A DNA stretch of 64,000 nt, from positions 25,856,001-25,920,000 of the forward strand of contig CM119372.1 in the NCBI GenBank assembly GCA_051294905.1, read 5' to 3'. The position numbers and the translations under genes are program-made. The notes below the pieces were generated by a model, which saw only the letters and a program-made list of their open reading frames with translations, made no database searches and was not told the origin of the DNA. This stretch comes from Botryllus schlosseri (Eukaryota). Below are positions 13,879 through 24,900 of this stretch, piece after piece (within the stretch, counting starts at the first letter, position 1; every line of letters starts with the position of its first letter).

Positions 13879-14132
13879 GCGAGATAGTGTAATGGTTATG
13901 CGTCCGGCTTCTCGAGCGGTAGGTCGTGGGTTCGATCCCCGGCCGGGTCATACCAAAGACTCGAAAAATGGTATCCGCAGCTATCCTGCTAGGCGCTCAG
14001 CAATCACGGATAGCATGGAGGAGAAAAAAAACGGGGGCGCAGACTAGATGACCTCATGGGGCCGTATCGCAACTCCGTCGCCAAAGCATCTCGATGGTGC
14101 AGGCGAGAAAGAATATCATGTCTCTCTCTCTC
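13879..14132 (+). mobile_element. tRNA-derived SINE with conserved central domain and CR1/L2-type tail, inserted in the LINE 3' UTR
   Basis: A box TAGTGTAATGG (13885-13895), B box GGTTCGATCCC (13929-13939). Core GGTCATACCAAAGACT..AAAATGG..GGCGCTCAGCA resembles the MetaSINE domain as I recall it. Tail CAGACTAGATGACCT (14040-14054), then (TC)n. Confidence 0.85.
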
Positions 14133-14257
14133 TGTACCACCATCACTGCCGTGTGTTATGTATTTTGGTTGGATGAAAATAAAGACTCTCTCTCTCTCTC
14201 TCTCTCTCTAATAAGATCAGACGAAGTAGTGTCATTGTTAAGCTTTATATTTGTAAT

Positions 14258-14785
14258 TAGGGCTGGGCACAATGATTCGAGTACTCGAATCTGAATCGAG
14301 TATTAATTTCAATGATTCGAGTCGAGTAGTAAAAGACGAATTTTTCGAGTATTGAAATTATACGCTTCTCGGCACTGAAAGTTAATTTATCGAACAAAAT
14401 TATAGCGTCGATACTATTTTCCACTGTGGAAGCCATAAAACGATGATTGGCCGTGCCGCAGCATACAAACCAGGGTATGAAGTACTGGTACAAAGCTACG
14501 AACGTTACTGGAAATACCCCATTTCCGAAGTCCTGATCATCCCAAAACATTGTCACAAAGTGCAATGAAATCGATATGGTCAAATAAAATACTAAGTATG
14601 GTTAATGTAATGGATTACAGGCATTATATTCTCTGTGATGGCATAAGAGTTACAAATTTGAACTTTGACATATTACATTCTGTTATGACGTCATAATGAG
14701 CCATACTCGAATACTCGACTCGACTCGAAGCAAAATACGTGATTCAGAATCGAATCACTCAGGTACTCGAATTTGCCCAGCCCTA
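14258..14785. mobile_element. hAT (Ac-type) MITE, TAGGGCTGGGCA termini
   Basis: TIR tagggctgggca/tgcccagcccta; perfect TSD TTTGTAAT; subterminal ACTCGA/TTCGA repeats. Confidence 0.9.
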
Positions 14786-15379
14786 TTTGTAATGAATGAT
14801 GATACATTGTACACCACTTTCATAAGAGCCATTGCAATATTTCTTTGCATGTTTTTGTGCTTTCCCTTGATGAAAACAAGGCATGCAGACTACAACGGTT
14901 ACCTTCGCAATGAGCCAGGCATGTTTTACACTTTTTGTGAAGCAGCTGTCCTTTGTTTGCCATGTATTTCGTAACTCAACATATCCTGAATCAATCTCAA
15001 ATCATAACCTGCGGACCGACCCTACAATGCGCTCACAGATTCACCGCCGTTGCATGAGTCTTCTAGCTGCGAAGCAGAGTCCTTGAACAGCTGATAAGCA
15101 AGTCGCCCCCGTCGTAATCATTCAAGCATAGCCGATCAAGCGACGTGATTTGGTCATTAAATGACTAGTCTTCTCACCATTCTATGGTTGCTGGCACACC
15201 CACTCTACCGCAGTAGCTACTTTCAAACGCATTTAGACAAATCTTATCGACTTTCCTGTGAGCCTATTGCAGGCTCATTGGCCTTTTATTTAATCAATAA
15301 TCTATAGAATGAGACATGGATACGCATCATTTTTGAGCATTCCAAATTATGGACAACCGAACTATGCAGCTACAAATTA

Positions 15380-15800
15380 CTGTAATTTTCCATGTATAGC
15401 ACGCACCCTGAAAATGGGGAAAAGCCTGTACCCATGTATAATACAGCAGGTGATCGAGCAAGCGTCTGATACGAGAGCATTGTGTTCGTACGGAGCGTGT
15501 TTGAAGCAGCAAAGAAGAAAGGTACTTTCACCATAGCGCGGGGTGTTTTTTTTCTTCCAATGGGTGCAAACGAGCCGAACACACCTACCAGGGGTGCGAA
15601 ATAGATGCGGTTATCAGATTTCCACCCAAGTTCGGGCACGATGGCTGGATGTGGTGTGCGATTGACAACAAACAATAAGAAAGGTCTAATTGCAAGTTTT
15701 ATTTCGAGGGATATTTTTTCAAAATTCTTGCATAATACGAGCCTCCGATTTTAGGACAAAAAATGATTAACATGTGCGTATTATACATGGAAAATCACTG
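15380..15800. mobile_element. Tc1/mariner-pogo-type MITE
   Basis: About 28-bp imperfect TIR ctgtaattttccatgtatagcacgcac/gtgcgtattatacatggaaaatcactg; TA on the left, CA on the right. Confidence 0.6.
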
Positions 15801-15955
15801 CACTAGATTTAGGGCAGTCACTGACTGACTATGTTCCTATATTGACATGGTTTGATGTCAAATGATTACATGGATATCGCGTCGTAACTTGGCTACTAAT
15901 TCTATTGTTTGGCAGATTTTAACACTATTGTGAATTTAAACCTCAAATCCGCGCA

Positions 15956-18900
15956 ATGAAATCGGGTGGCCTCAACTGTTTGAAATACTTGGTTTTCTTC
16001 TTCAACCTGCTGATCTTTGTAAGTACTGCAATCTATATGTCTTGCTTGATTTCATTTGCGAGGCATCGGTAGATTGGAACTGACACGAATCTGATTTTTG
16101 TTTTAGATTTGTGGCGTTGCCGCACTGGCCGTCGGAATATGGGCAGTAGTTAATGAGGATTCCTTCAAGAAGATACTGATAGATAATGATTGGATATTCA
16201 ACGGAGTGTACATCATCATCGCAGTAGGATCTGCACTTTTCCTGATTGGTTTTTTCGGTTGTTGCGGAGCCGCTAAAGAAAACAGATGTATGCTCGGAAC
16301 TGTAAGTCGCGTCCACTGCAATTTCTTGGCATATACTGCAGTTACATAATCACAACAACATGCATATGAAAATCGGCACCAAAAGGTAAGTAACATCGTA
16401 CATCGACGAAAGACAAGGAAATGTTATCTTCTCGTCGGCGGATTCCTGAAGGCGATTTTACTATATAACTTGTATAATCTAAACCAGTGCTCCTTAACCT
16501 TTGTCGTCGTGGTACACCCTTTTAACATTTACTCGAAACTCGTACACCCCTGAGGGCAATTCCCTGCACAGACAACCGATGTTCCCACCACTACCTCTTC
16601 AAATCTCTTGAAATTTGGTACACGCACAGATGAGCTAATTCCAAACAGGATGAACTTTATTTCATGAAAATTGGACTTTGGGGTCAAAAGTTACGTCACT
16701 TTGAAAATTGACAATATTCTGCTCATTTCGGGTCTGCAATTTCAGGTTTTATCACTGCAATATTCAAGAAGGTGTAGCTAGATTTTAGACGACAGTTCAG
16801 ATACGGTACTTGGATTTATTTGAAGCTTGTCTGATCGTCTATATTTCCAAGTGAAATTTAATGCCCTGTAGGTTAGGGTCAAAGGTTAAATTGAGGGAGA
16901 ATTTGGTCAATGGTCTAAAATCAGTCAGGCGTTACACGATTTAGACTGCGGATTGCTCAAAAACATATTAAAATATTTTGGAAAATAGGATCTTAAATGA
17001 AAGTTTGCTTCAAGGAGACTTCGTTCATAGCTGTTTGATTTTGGTTTTTAGACCGTAAAGTGATGAAATTGCAGTTTCAACAGCACACTTCATTTTCACA
17101 TGGAAATGCTGTAGTAGTAGGGTGTTTTCGGACATCTATTCTGGGGTGCGTGTGGACATCATGTCTGGGGTGTGTTCCGACATCACGTCTTGGGTCTGTT
17201 AGGACTGTGTTGTCATTCGAACATCGTGTCTGGGGCGATTTCGGACTGTTTTGTCCCTCGGACATCGTGTATGAGGGGGGTGTTCAGACACCATGTCTGG
17301 CGTGTGTTAGGACTGTGTTGTCACTCTGACATAGTATCTGGGATATGTTTGTGTTGCGCCAGACATGACTCAGACCTGATATCTGCGCACCAATTTTATC
17401 CGGACATGCTCCGGAGCTGATACCTGCCCACTAAATACCCCCAGGCATGGTCCGAACCGGATATATGCGCGCTTAATGGACACAGATATGCGTCAGACGT
17501 GATACCCGTGTCCTAAACGACGCGTTTTTGCTGATATCTGCGATAGCTGGGTATATCCACAGTAGTGGTGGCTGAGTATATTCACATTCACAGTAGAGAT
17601 AGCTGAGTACATCCAAAGCTATCTACTTGCGTTGCAAAACAGTCAGAACACACCCGAGCCATAATATCTGGGGTGAGCTCGGACTGTGTTGTCATTCGGA
17701 CATCGTGTCTGGAAGGTGTTCGGACATCATGCCTGGGGTGTGTCCGGACTGTGTTTTCTACTCGGACATCGTGTCTGGGATATGTTTGTGATACGCCAAA
17801 CATGCCTCAGACCTGATATCTGCCCACTAGTTTAATCTGGACATGTGTCGTAGCTGATACCTGCGCACCAAATACCCCCCAGGCATAGTCCGGACCTGAT
17901 ATCTGCGGGCTTAATGGACACATACATGCGTCAGACGTTATACCCACGTCCTAAACGACATTTGGCCTATATATGACCTCTATATTTGCGGTTTTTGCTG
18001 ATATCTGCGATAGCTGGGTATATCTACACTACAGCAGTGATAGCTGAGCATAACCACAGTAGTGATAGCTTTGGATGTACTCAGCTATCTCTACTGTGAA
18101 TGTGAATATACTCAGCTACCACTACTGTGGATATACCCAGCTATCGCAGATATCAGCAAAAACGCGTCGTTTAGGACGCGGGTATCACGTTTGTCGCATA
18201 TCTGTGTCCATTAAGCGTGCATATATCCGGTTCAGACTATGCCTGGGGGTATTTAGTGGGCAGGTATCAGCTCCGGAGCATGTCCGGATAAAATTAGTGC
18301 GCAGATATCAGGTCTGAGTCATGTCTGGCGCAACACAAACATATCCCAGATACTATGTCAGAGTGACATCACAGTCTTAACACACGCCAGGCATGGTGTC
18401 TGAACACCCCCCTCATACACGATGTCCGAGGGACAAAACAGTCCGAACTCGCCCCAGACACGATGTTCGAATGGCAACACAGTCCTAACAGACCCAAGAC
18501 ATGATGTCGGAACACACCCCAGACATGATGTCCACACGCACCCCAGAATAGATGTCCGAAAACACCCTACTACTATTGCATTTCCATGTGCAAATGAAGT
18601 GTGCTCTAGAAACTGCAATTTCATCACTTTACGGTCTAAAAACCAAAATCAAACAGCTATGAACGAAGTCTTCTTGAAGCAAACTTTCATTTAAGATCCT
18701 ATTTTCCAAAATATTTTAATATGTTTTTGAGCAATCCGCAGTCTAAATCGTGTAACGCCTGACTGATTTTAGACCATTGACCAAATTCCCCCTCAATTTA
18801 ACCTTTGACCCTAACCTACAGGGCATTAAATTTCACTTGAAAATATAGACGATCAGACAAGCTTCAAATAAATCCAAGTGCCGTATCTCAACTGTCGTCT

Positions 18901-21900
18901 ATCATCTAGCAACACCTTCTTGAATATTGCATCGATAAAACCTGAAATTGCAGACCCGAAATGAGCAGAAAATTGTCAATTTTCAAAGTGACGTAACTTT
19001 AGACCCCAAAGTCCAATTTTCATGAAATAAAGTTCATCCTGTTTGGAATTAGCTCATCTGTGCGTGTACCAAATTTCAGAAGATTTGAAGAGGTAGTGGT
19101 GGGAACATCGGTTGTCTGTGCAGGGAATCGCCCCCGAGCAATGTTTCCTCTAATTTTTCACGAGTCTGCGCGCACTCACCAACTCACTGCGCGGTCCCTT
19201 GCACAACAGTGCGTAACGATTAAAAAAACGTCATCACTCCGGCTTTTTTTGTGTGCACTGTGCAGCTTAGATGTTCTGTGCGCAGAGATCGTGTCAGCAA
19301 GGCCGTATTCCGGCGAAGAGTCGTCATGGTCCATCTGGACGTCATATACTCATGTTAAATTGGCTATTGGGAACTTCGAATCGTGGAGAGCCCTTGTGAT
19401 CTTATGTGCCATCACCCATTTCTTGGCATATACCTTGCGTATAAAAGTTTTAAATTGTAGCAGCAGAACACCCCGCGGGCTTACTATCTTCACCGAGATC
19501 GCGAGTATATATGTTAGAAAAAGGTAACTAGTAGGGATGGTGTGAACCTCTGAAAGGTTCAGGTTCGTATGGACGCGAACCTTTTTAAAAGGTTCTATGT
19601 GAACGCAAACGTGAACCTCATGACGTATTGCTAATTGCAACCCCACATTTCAGTGACGTGATAGCCTATATTAATGTACGGTGTACGCGGTTAGCGACGA
19701 CTCAGGCCACATAATGCCACGTTGCTGAAGTACATATTTACGTTTTGAACGTCGCCAAATGTATCAACTGGGGCAATCATACTACCATAAAATCAATACC
19801 TTCCGTCGCTTTGCCAACAATTTCGACGAGGACTTGCAAGGGAATATAAGCTTATGTCTTAACGGTCCAAGCCAGATCGGACAATGTATTCGGTCTCTGA
19901 TTATTGCTACGTTGTAATTGAGCAGAGTGTAAAACGGGTTTCTGTACTTTCTACCGATATTACCCCATTAACAAGTAATACAGCAGTAGCCAACACCACA
20001 ATCGCTTGGATTTGAATATTATGGTACGATAAACATATAAAGTCAAAATTGATTGACCCCGTACGCCTGCTAGATTTTTTTACATCAGACAACAATATCA
20101 ATTTCATTGGTTGGTTGAATAAGCATCATTCGCTGACTACCTGCATGTAGTGTATTTCGCTCTTGATGTTAACCTGGTATAATATATTTTCCTTGTTCGC
20201 GAATGTTGAGTTTATATCATAGTCCTTGTACAAATAAAAAGTAATCGCTCTTTTACAAAGAAATCGATTAGGTATGGGAAGTAGTCGATTACGATTACGA
20301 TTACTTCGGAAATTTTTCGAATGTAATCGATTGCGATTACGATTACTTGAAAATGCTGTAAGCGTCGTAATCGATTACGATTACTAATCGCGATTACCCC
20401 ATGTCTGCCGTCAATACAACAAACAGAGATTGCAAGCTGAACATATGTCAATTCCATCCTGTTCTACTCCAAAAGGAACCAATAAGTCCATTACTAACGT
20501 TTATGACGAGAAAAGCATTTGCTTATGACATCACAAATGGATGTTACTCACAAGCTACGTACGCTGAAATGAACATTGTACGATATTGCATACCCGGTCA
20601 ACATGTTTTCTGAAGCATAAACTTGCCTGTTTTGATAGCTAGTCATTGGTATTATAATGAGGATCTTGTACACCCCAGTACACTACATCTGAGTGGTACA
20701 CCATTTTACAATTTTGGTACACCCGGTTGGAGAGCCCTAAATCTAAAATATATAACATCATTGAGAGGTATGAAAGTCATCCAGTATAGTATTTCTGATA
20801 TCTTGGAAGCGATTTGTTACAATCGTATCCAATATCGCGGTCCGATGCGATATTTTGTCGCAGTGTCTCCGATGTCAAAATTAGATATCTTTTAGTTTGA
20901 GGAGTCGGCGAATAATTGCGTTTCTTCAATTATTTTTGCAATGCCGCTAATCGTAGATTCTTTACATCGAATCGATTCTGCCTATTCTACATATTTGTGT
21001 AAGTGATACCGCACAATCACGAATTTCGCTACATGTTTCTCACGTATACTATAAACTATCAGGTATTCCTATTACATTCATGTTTATTTCAACTGTGCAT
21101 TAGTCACTACACCATACGCTATATGCACTCCTTCGCACTCATATCCCGTGTTATCTATTGTTTTCTGTTTTAGTTCTTCGCGATCGTGCTCGTGCTATTC
21201 ATTGCCCAGCTTGGAGGAGCAATTTATTTGTTAGTAAATCGCAATGCTGTGACTAAAGCTGTTGGGAAATCAATTGACAAGTATGGCACCAACACGACTG
21301 CAGGAAAGGAAATTACAGAAGGCTGGGATACTCTGCAACAACTGGTAAGTGCAGCTCCCCCCGGACGGCAACTCTTCAAATAGAAGTAGGCCAGGCTTAT
21401 AAAATCTTTGCAATTACAAACGACCAAGTAGGTAAGATTAGTTTGGGAGGGCGTTTCGCGGACTTTTATTGTCAAATAGCACGCAATAAATTAGTTTCAA
21501 GTCGCAGTTGCTTGACGAACGCAGAATGCAGCACGGTTTCGCGATTACTTGCGGAGGATTTTTATTCCCTTAACGTCAGAGATTAACCGTGACCAACGTA
21601 GATGATATCACAATGCACAGATATCTCATTTGAAGGAGCAAAGGCACCTTTGACCTCCCTTTACTACGCCACTGCTCAGTGCTCATGACAGTTACACGGG
21701 CGATATTAGAATTGCTGTAGATGTACAGAACAGATCGGTGGTTCTCAACCGCGGGTCCATGAAGCATTTTCAGGGGGTCCGCGAAGCCTCTAAATTTGTA
21801 AAATGAACGACAACCTAATTTTCATATTTTTATAATTAGGAAATGCATGAGCCAGTTCCGCTTCATAATAGCCTAATCGTTAGGACTCGCATCATTGAAA

Positions 21901-24900
21901 TGGTCGCATGAGCATTGGCCAAACTGCTGATGCAACATATTGCAGTTTAGGGATGTTTTGTTGGGTTTTGTGGAAAAATGACATGGTGGAGATCAAACAG
22001 GGTGACTTCGAAATGTTTGCAAAACATTTTGGATTTAGAGTTGTCAGTCTCAGCAAATTAGTAAACAGTTGTTTGAAATAGAAATTTCTTAATTTTTGTC
22101 CGAATCTGTTCCAATGAAGGAATTGAATGCTCGACACGAAATTCATTTTCTCTTGTGAAATAACCACTATATAACTTCAATATGAGATGCTAGATAGAAA
22201 TGACTAGGATGGACGTAATATGTTCATTAAAATCTCACATCAAAAGCTGTCGTCGGAAGCGTTGCCATTAATATATCTTTGTGGAAATGGATTTTCGGCA
22301 CTCATCAATATATCAAATCGAAGACGTTGATTTTCAAGACAATAAATACAGCTGGAAAATTCTCTTTGCAATAATAAATGTCTACCCAATTTTTACATAT
22401 AGCGTGCTGTTATTTCCAAGAAAATTCATTTTGTGGCTGGTCTACATTTACTATTTGCACAAGACAGTTGTCGGTTAATTGAGCTAATTTTGAACGCAAA
22501 CTTGATGGGGTCAGCGGGAGTCCATCACAGTCCAATAGGGGTCCAGGAATACAAAAAGGTTGAGAACCACTGGAATAGATGTATAACCATATTTGACCAT
22601 CCATACACCAATATCGTAGATCTATACCAGGGGTGACCTGGCCAACCCTTTCGGTTAAAGGGCCACATACAATTGACGAGCCAGCGCGTGAGCCACTAGC
22701 CGCGGGAGGCGCGAACAATTTTACTACTATTCTACTTTAGTGTAATGAACGACGATTTACAAAAAATGTGACCCTGGACCCTGGATCTGCCAATGCCTTG
22801 AAACTGATATTTTAGTCGTCAACATCCCAAGTGTCGGCGTCAGACAGATCGAATTTTTGGTTGGCCTTACAAGTTCACAATTTGAGCATTTCATTTTCGA
22901 TAATATAACTAATTTCGAAAATTACCTCGCGGGCCGCTCAAAACCTTCTCGCGGGCCATCTTTGGCCCGCGCGCCCCGTGTTGCCCGTCCCTGATCTATT
23001 CTATTATACATGTAGACAGGAATAAAAATATAGTATTAAAGGACTTAAAGCCATTTCATTGAATATACAGGCATACCACAAATCGTTAAATAATGCCAAT
23101 GGTCTCGCATTCCACAAAAAGGTCCGTGATCTATCTCGGAAGTAGAGAGATGTGCTGGCCACACAGCAAATGACGTTCAGCAAATGAGCAGCACCATATT
23201 AGGAAGGGATAGTGTGAACCTCTGAAAGGTTCAGGTTCGTATGAACGCGAAACTTTTTGAAAGGTTCTTTGTGAACGGGAACGTGAACCACATGACGTCA
23301 CGTGGCGTCATTTTACTAATTCTAACCCTATATTTCAGTGAAGTGATAGCTGATAATAATGTACATGATACCTAGCGACGACTAGGGCCACATAATGCCA
23401 CAATGCTGAAGTGCATATTGACGCCACCTGGCCAATGAAATGATATCATAATCCCATAAAATCGATATCTTCCGTCGCTTTGCCAACAATCTCGACGAGG
23501 ACTTGCAAGGGAATATAAGCTTACGCCTTAACGGTCTAGGCCAGACCGGACGATTTATTCGGCGTCTGAGTATTCCTACGTTGATATTGAGCAGATTGTA
23601 AAACGGGTTTCTGTACTTGCTACAGGTATTACCTCATTAACAAGTTATACAACAGTATCCAACACCACAATCGCACGGATTTGGTTGTTATGATACAATG
23701 AACATATGAAATCAAGATTGACTCCATACGCCTGCTAGATTTTTAACATTAGCCAATGATATCAATTTCATTGATTGGCTGAATAAGCATCATTTGCTGA
23801 CTACCTACATTAGGGTTGTTCAGAATTGGTCGACTTTCAAAATGTCGTGGTTTTCAGTCCGATTCCCATGCCTTATACCATAAAAACATATTCTAGGTAC
23901 TTTTTTTCGTAATTCATCCCTTGCATCCGTGTGCACATTGAGCTGGAAGAATATCGGCTTAAAATAGGGGATTCCCCAAAAATTTGAGTGTCGCTATTCG
24001 GACTAGGCTAGTAAAACGTCATATATAAGCTGGTTTTATGTAGCTATTGCGGTTGGAGTGCTATATAACCTCACTATAGAAAGTATTGTCAGTTCAGGAC
24101 ACCATTTTCATGTCCCACACTGCCTTATAACTCCTCAAAACTACCTAAGACTGATAGCCATTTTGTTGGATCATATATCCTACACTCCTCAACCCTACCC
24201 GAGATTGTTCATCAATTGCCGGGATCACCACGTGCAAGAATACAACTGTAAATGTATCATTCACTCACAGCCACATTATAAACATCACATTGTTCAAAGA
24301 AACGAAACAAAAAGGCAAAGAAACAGATCAACTTGGCACATTGCATTGCACTGGGATGCAAAGCTCACTTGAAGTCGTTTCGGAGGGAAATTTGAGGCCT
24401 TGGCAGTGCTGGCATGGTCTGCGTATTCCAACGCATTTGAGAAAGGCAAACTTCTTGGCAATCGAACTCTGGAGAGTGCTACAGGAAAAGCACAGGCTGA
24501 TCTGTCATTTGAACTGCTGGAACTTTATAATTTAACAAATAATGTCAGACCTCTTGTGTTTGACACAACACCCTCAAACAATGGAAAAAATAAAGGTGCG
24601 GTTCTGTTACTTGAAGAATTGATAAACAGGAAAGTTTTCTACTTTCTACTTCTGCTTGTAGCCATCATATTTATGAACTAGTCATCCGGGGAGGTCTGGA
24701 AGTGAAGTGTGTTTGGATCTGCGACCACAGGCCCTGAAAACACAGATTTTAATACCTTCCAAGAAGTGGAAAGATATTGATCAATTAAGAAGCTCTAAAA
24801 CACTTCAGTTTGATGAATGCAGCTGGTTGGCGATCAAAGCTGATGAAGCTGGTTGGCGATCAAAGCTGATGAAGCTGGTTGGCGATCAAAGCTGATGAAG

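Larger units (their letters stand above)
9210..14210 (+). mobile_element. Near full-length CR1/L2-group (Crack/Daphne-like) LINE
   Basis: Long 5' UTR (start approximate), ORF1, APE+RT ORF2, 3' UTR with GACTAGATGACC stem-loop, AATAAA and (CT)n tail at about 14177-14208. Confidence 0.9.
8280..15360. mobile_element. Long-TIR non-autonomous DNA element (MULE/P-like) enclosing LINE, SINE and two MITEs
   Basis: About 8280-8565 is a diverged inverted copy of about 15082-15360; flanked by actatgtag/actatgcag (8/9 direct repeat). Confidence 0.6.
16485..20740. mobile_element. hAT MITE inflated by nested insertions (foldback, CAATGTTCCCTC MITE fragment, family A copy)
   Basis: GTACACCC subterminal repeats at both ends; TSD atctaaac/atctaaaa. 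Confidence 0.55.

Noticed and set aside
13879..13950. tRNA gene
   Set aside because: A and B boxes are present, but the acceptor and anticodon stems are poor and it runs into a SINE core and tail.
17120..18560. CRISPR-like array
   Set aside because: Degenerate tandem ~21-bp units without unique spacers, in a eukaryotic intron, with no cas genes.
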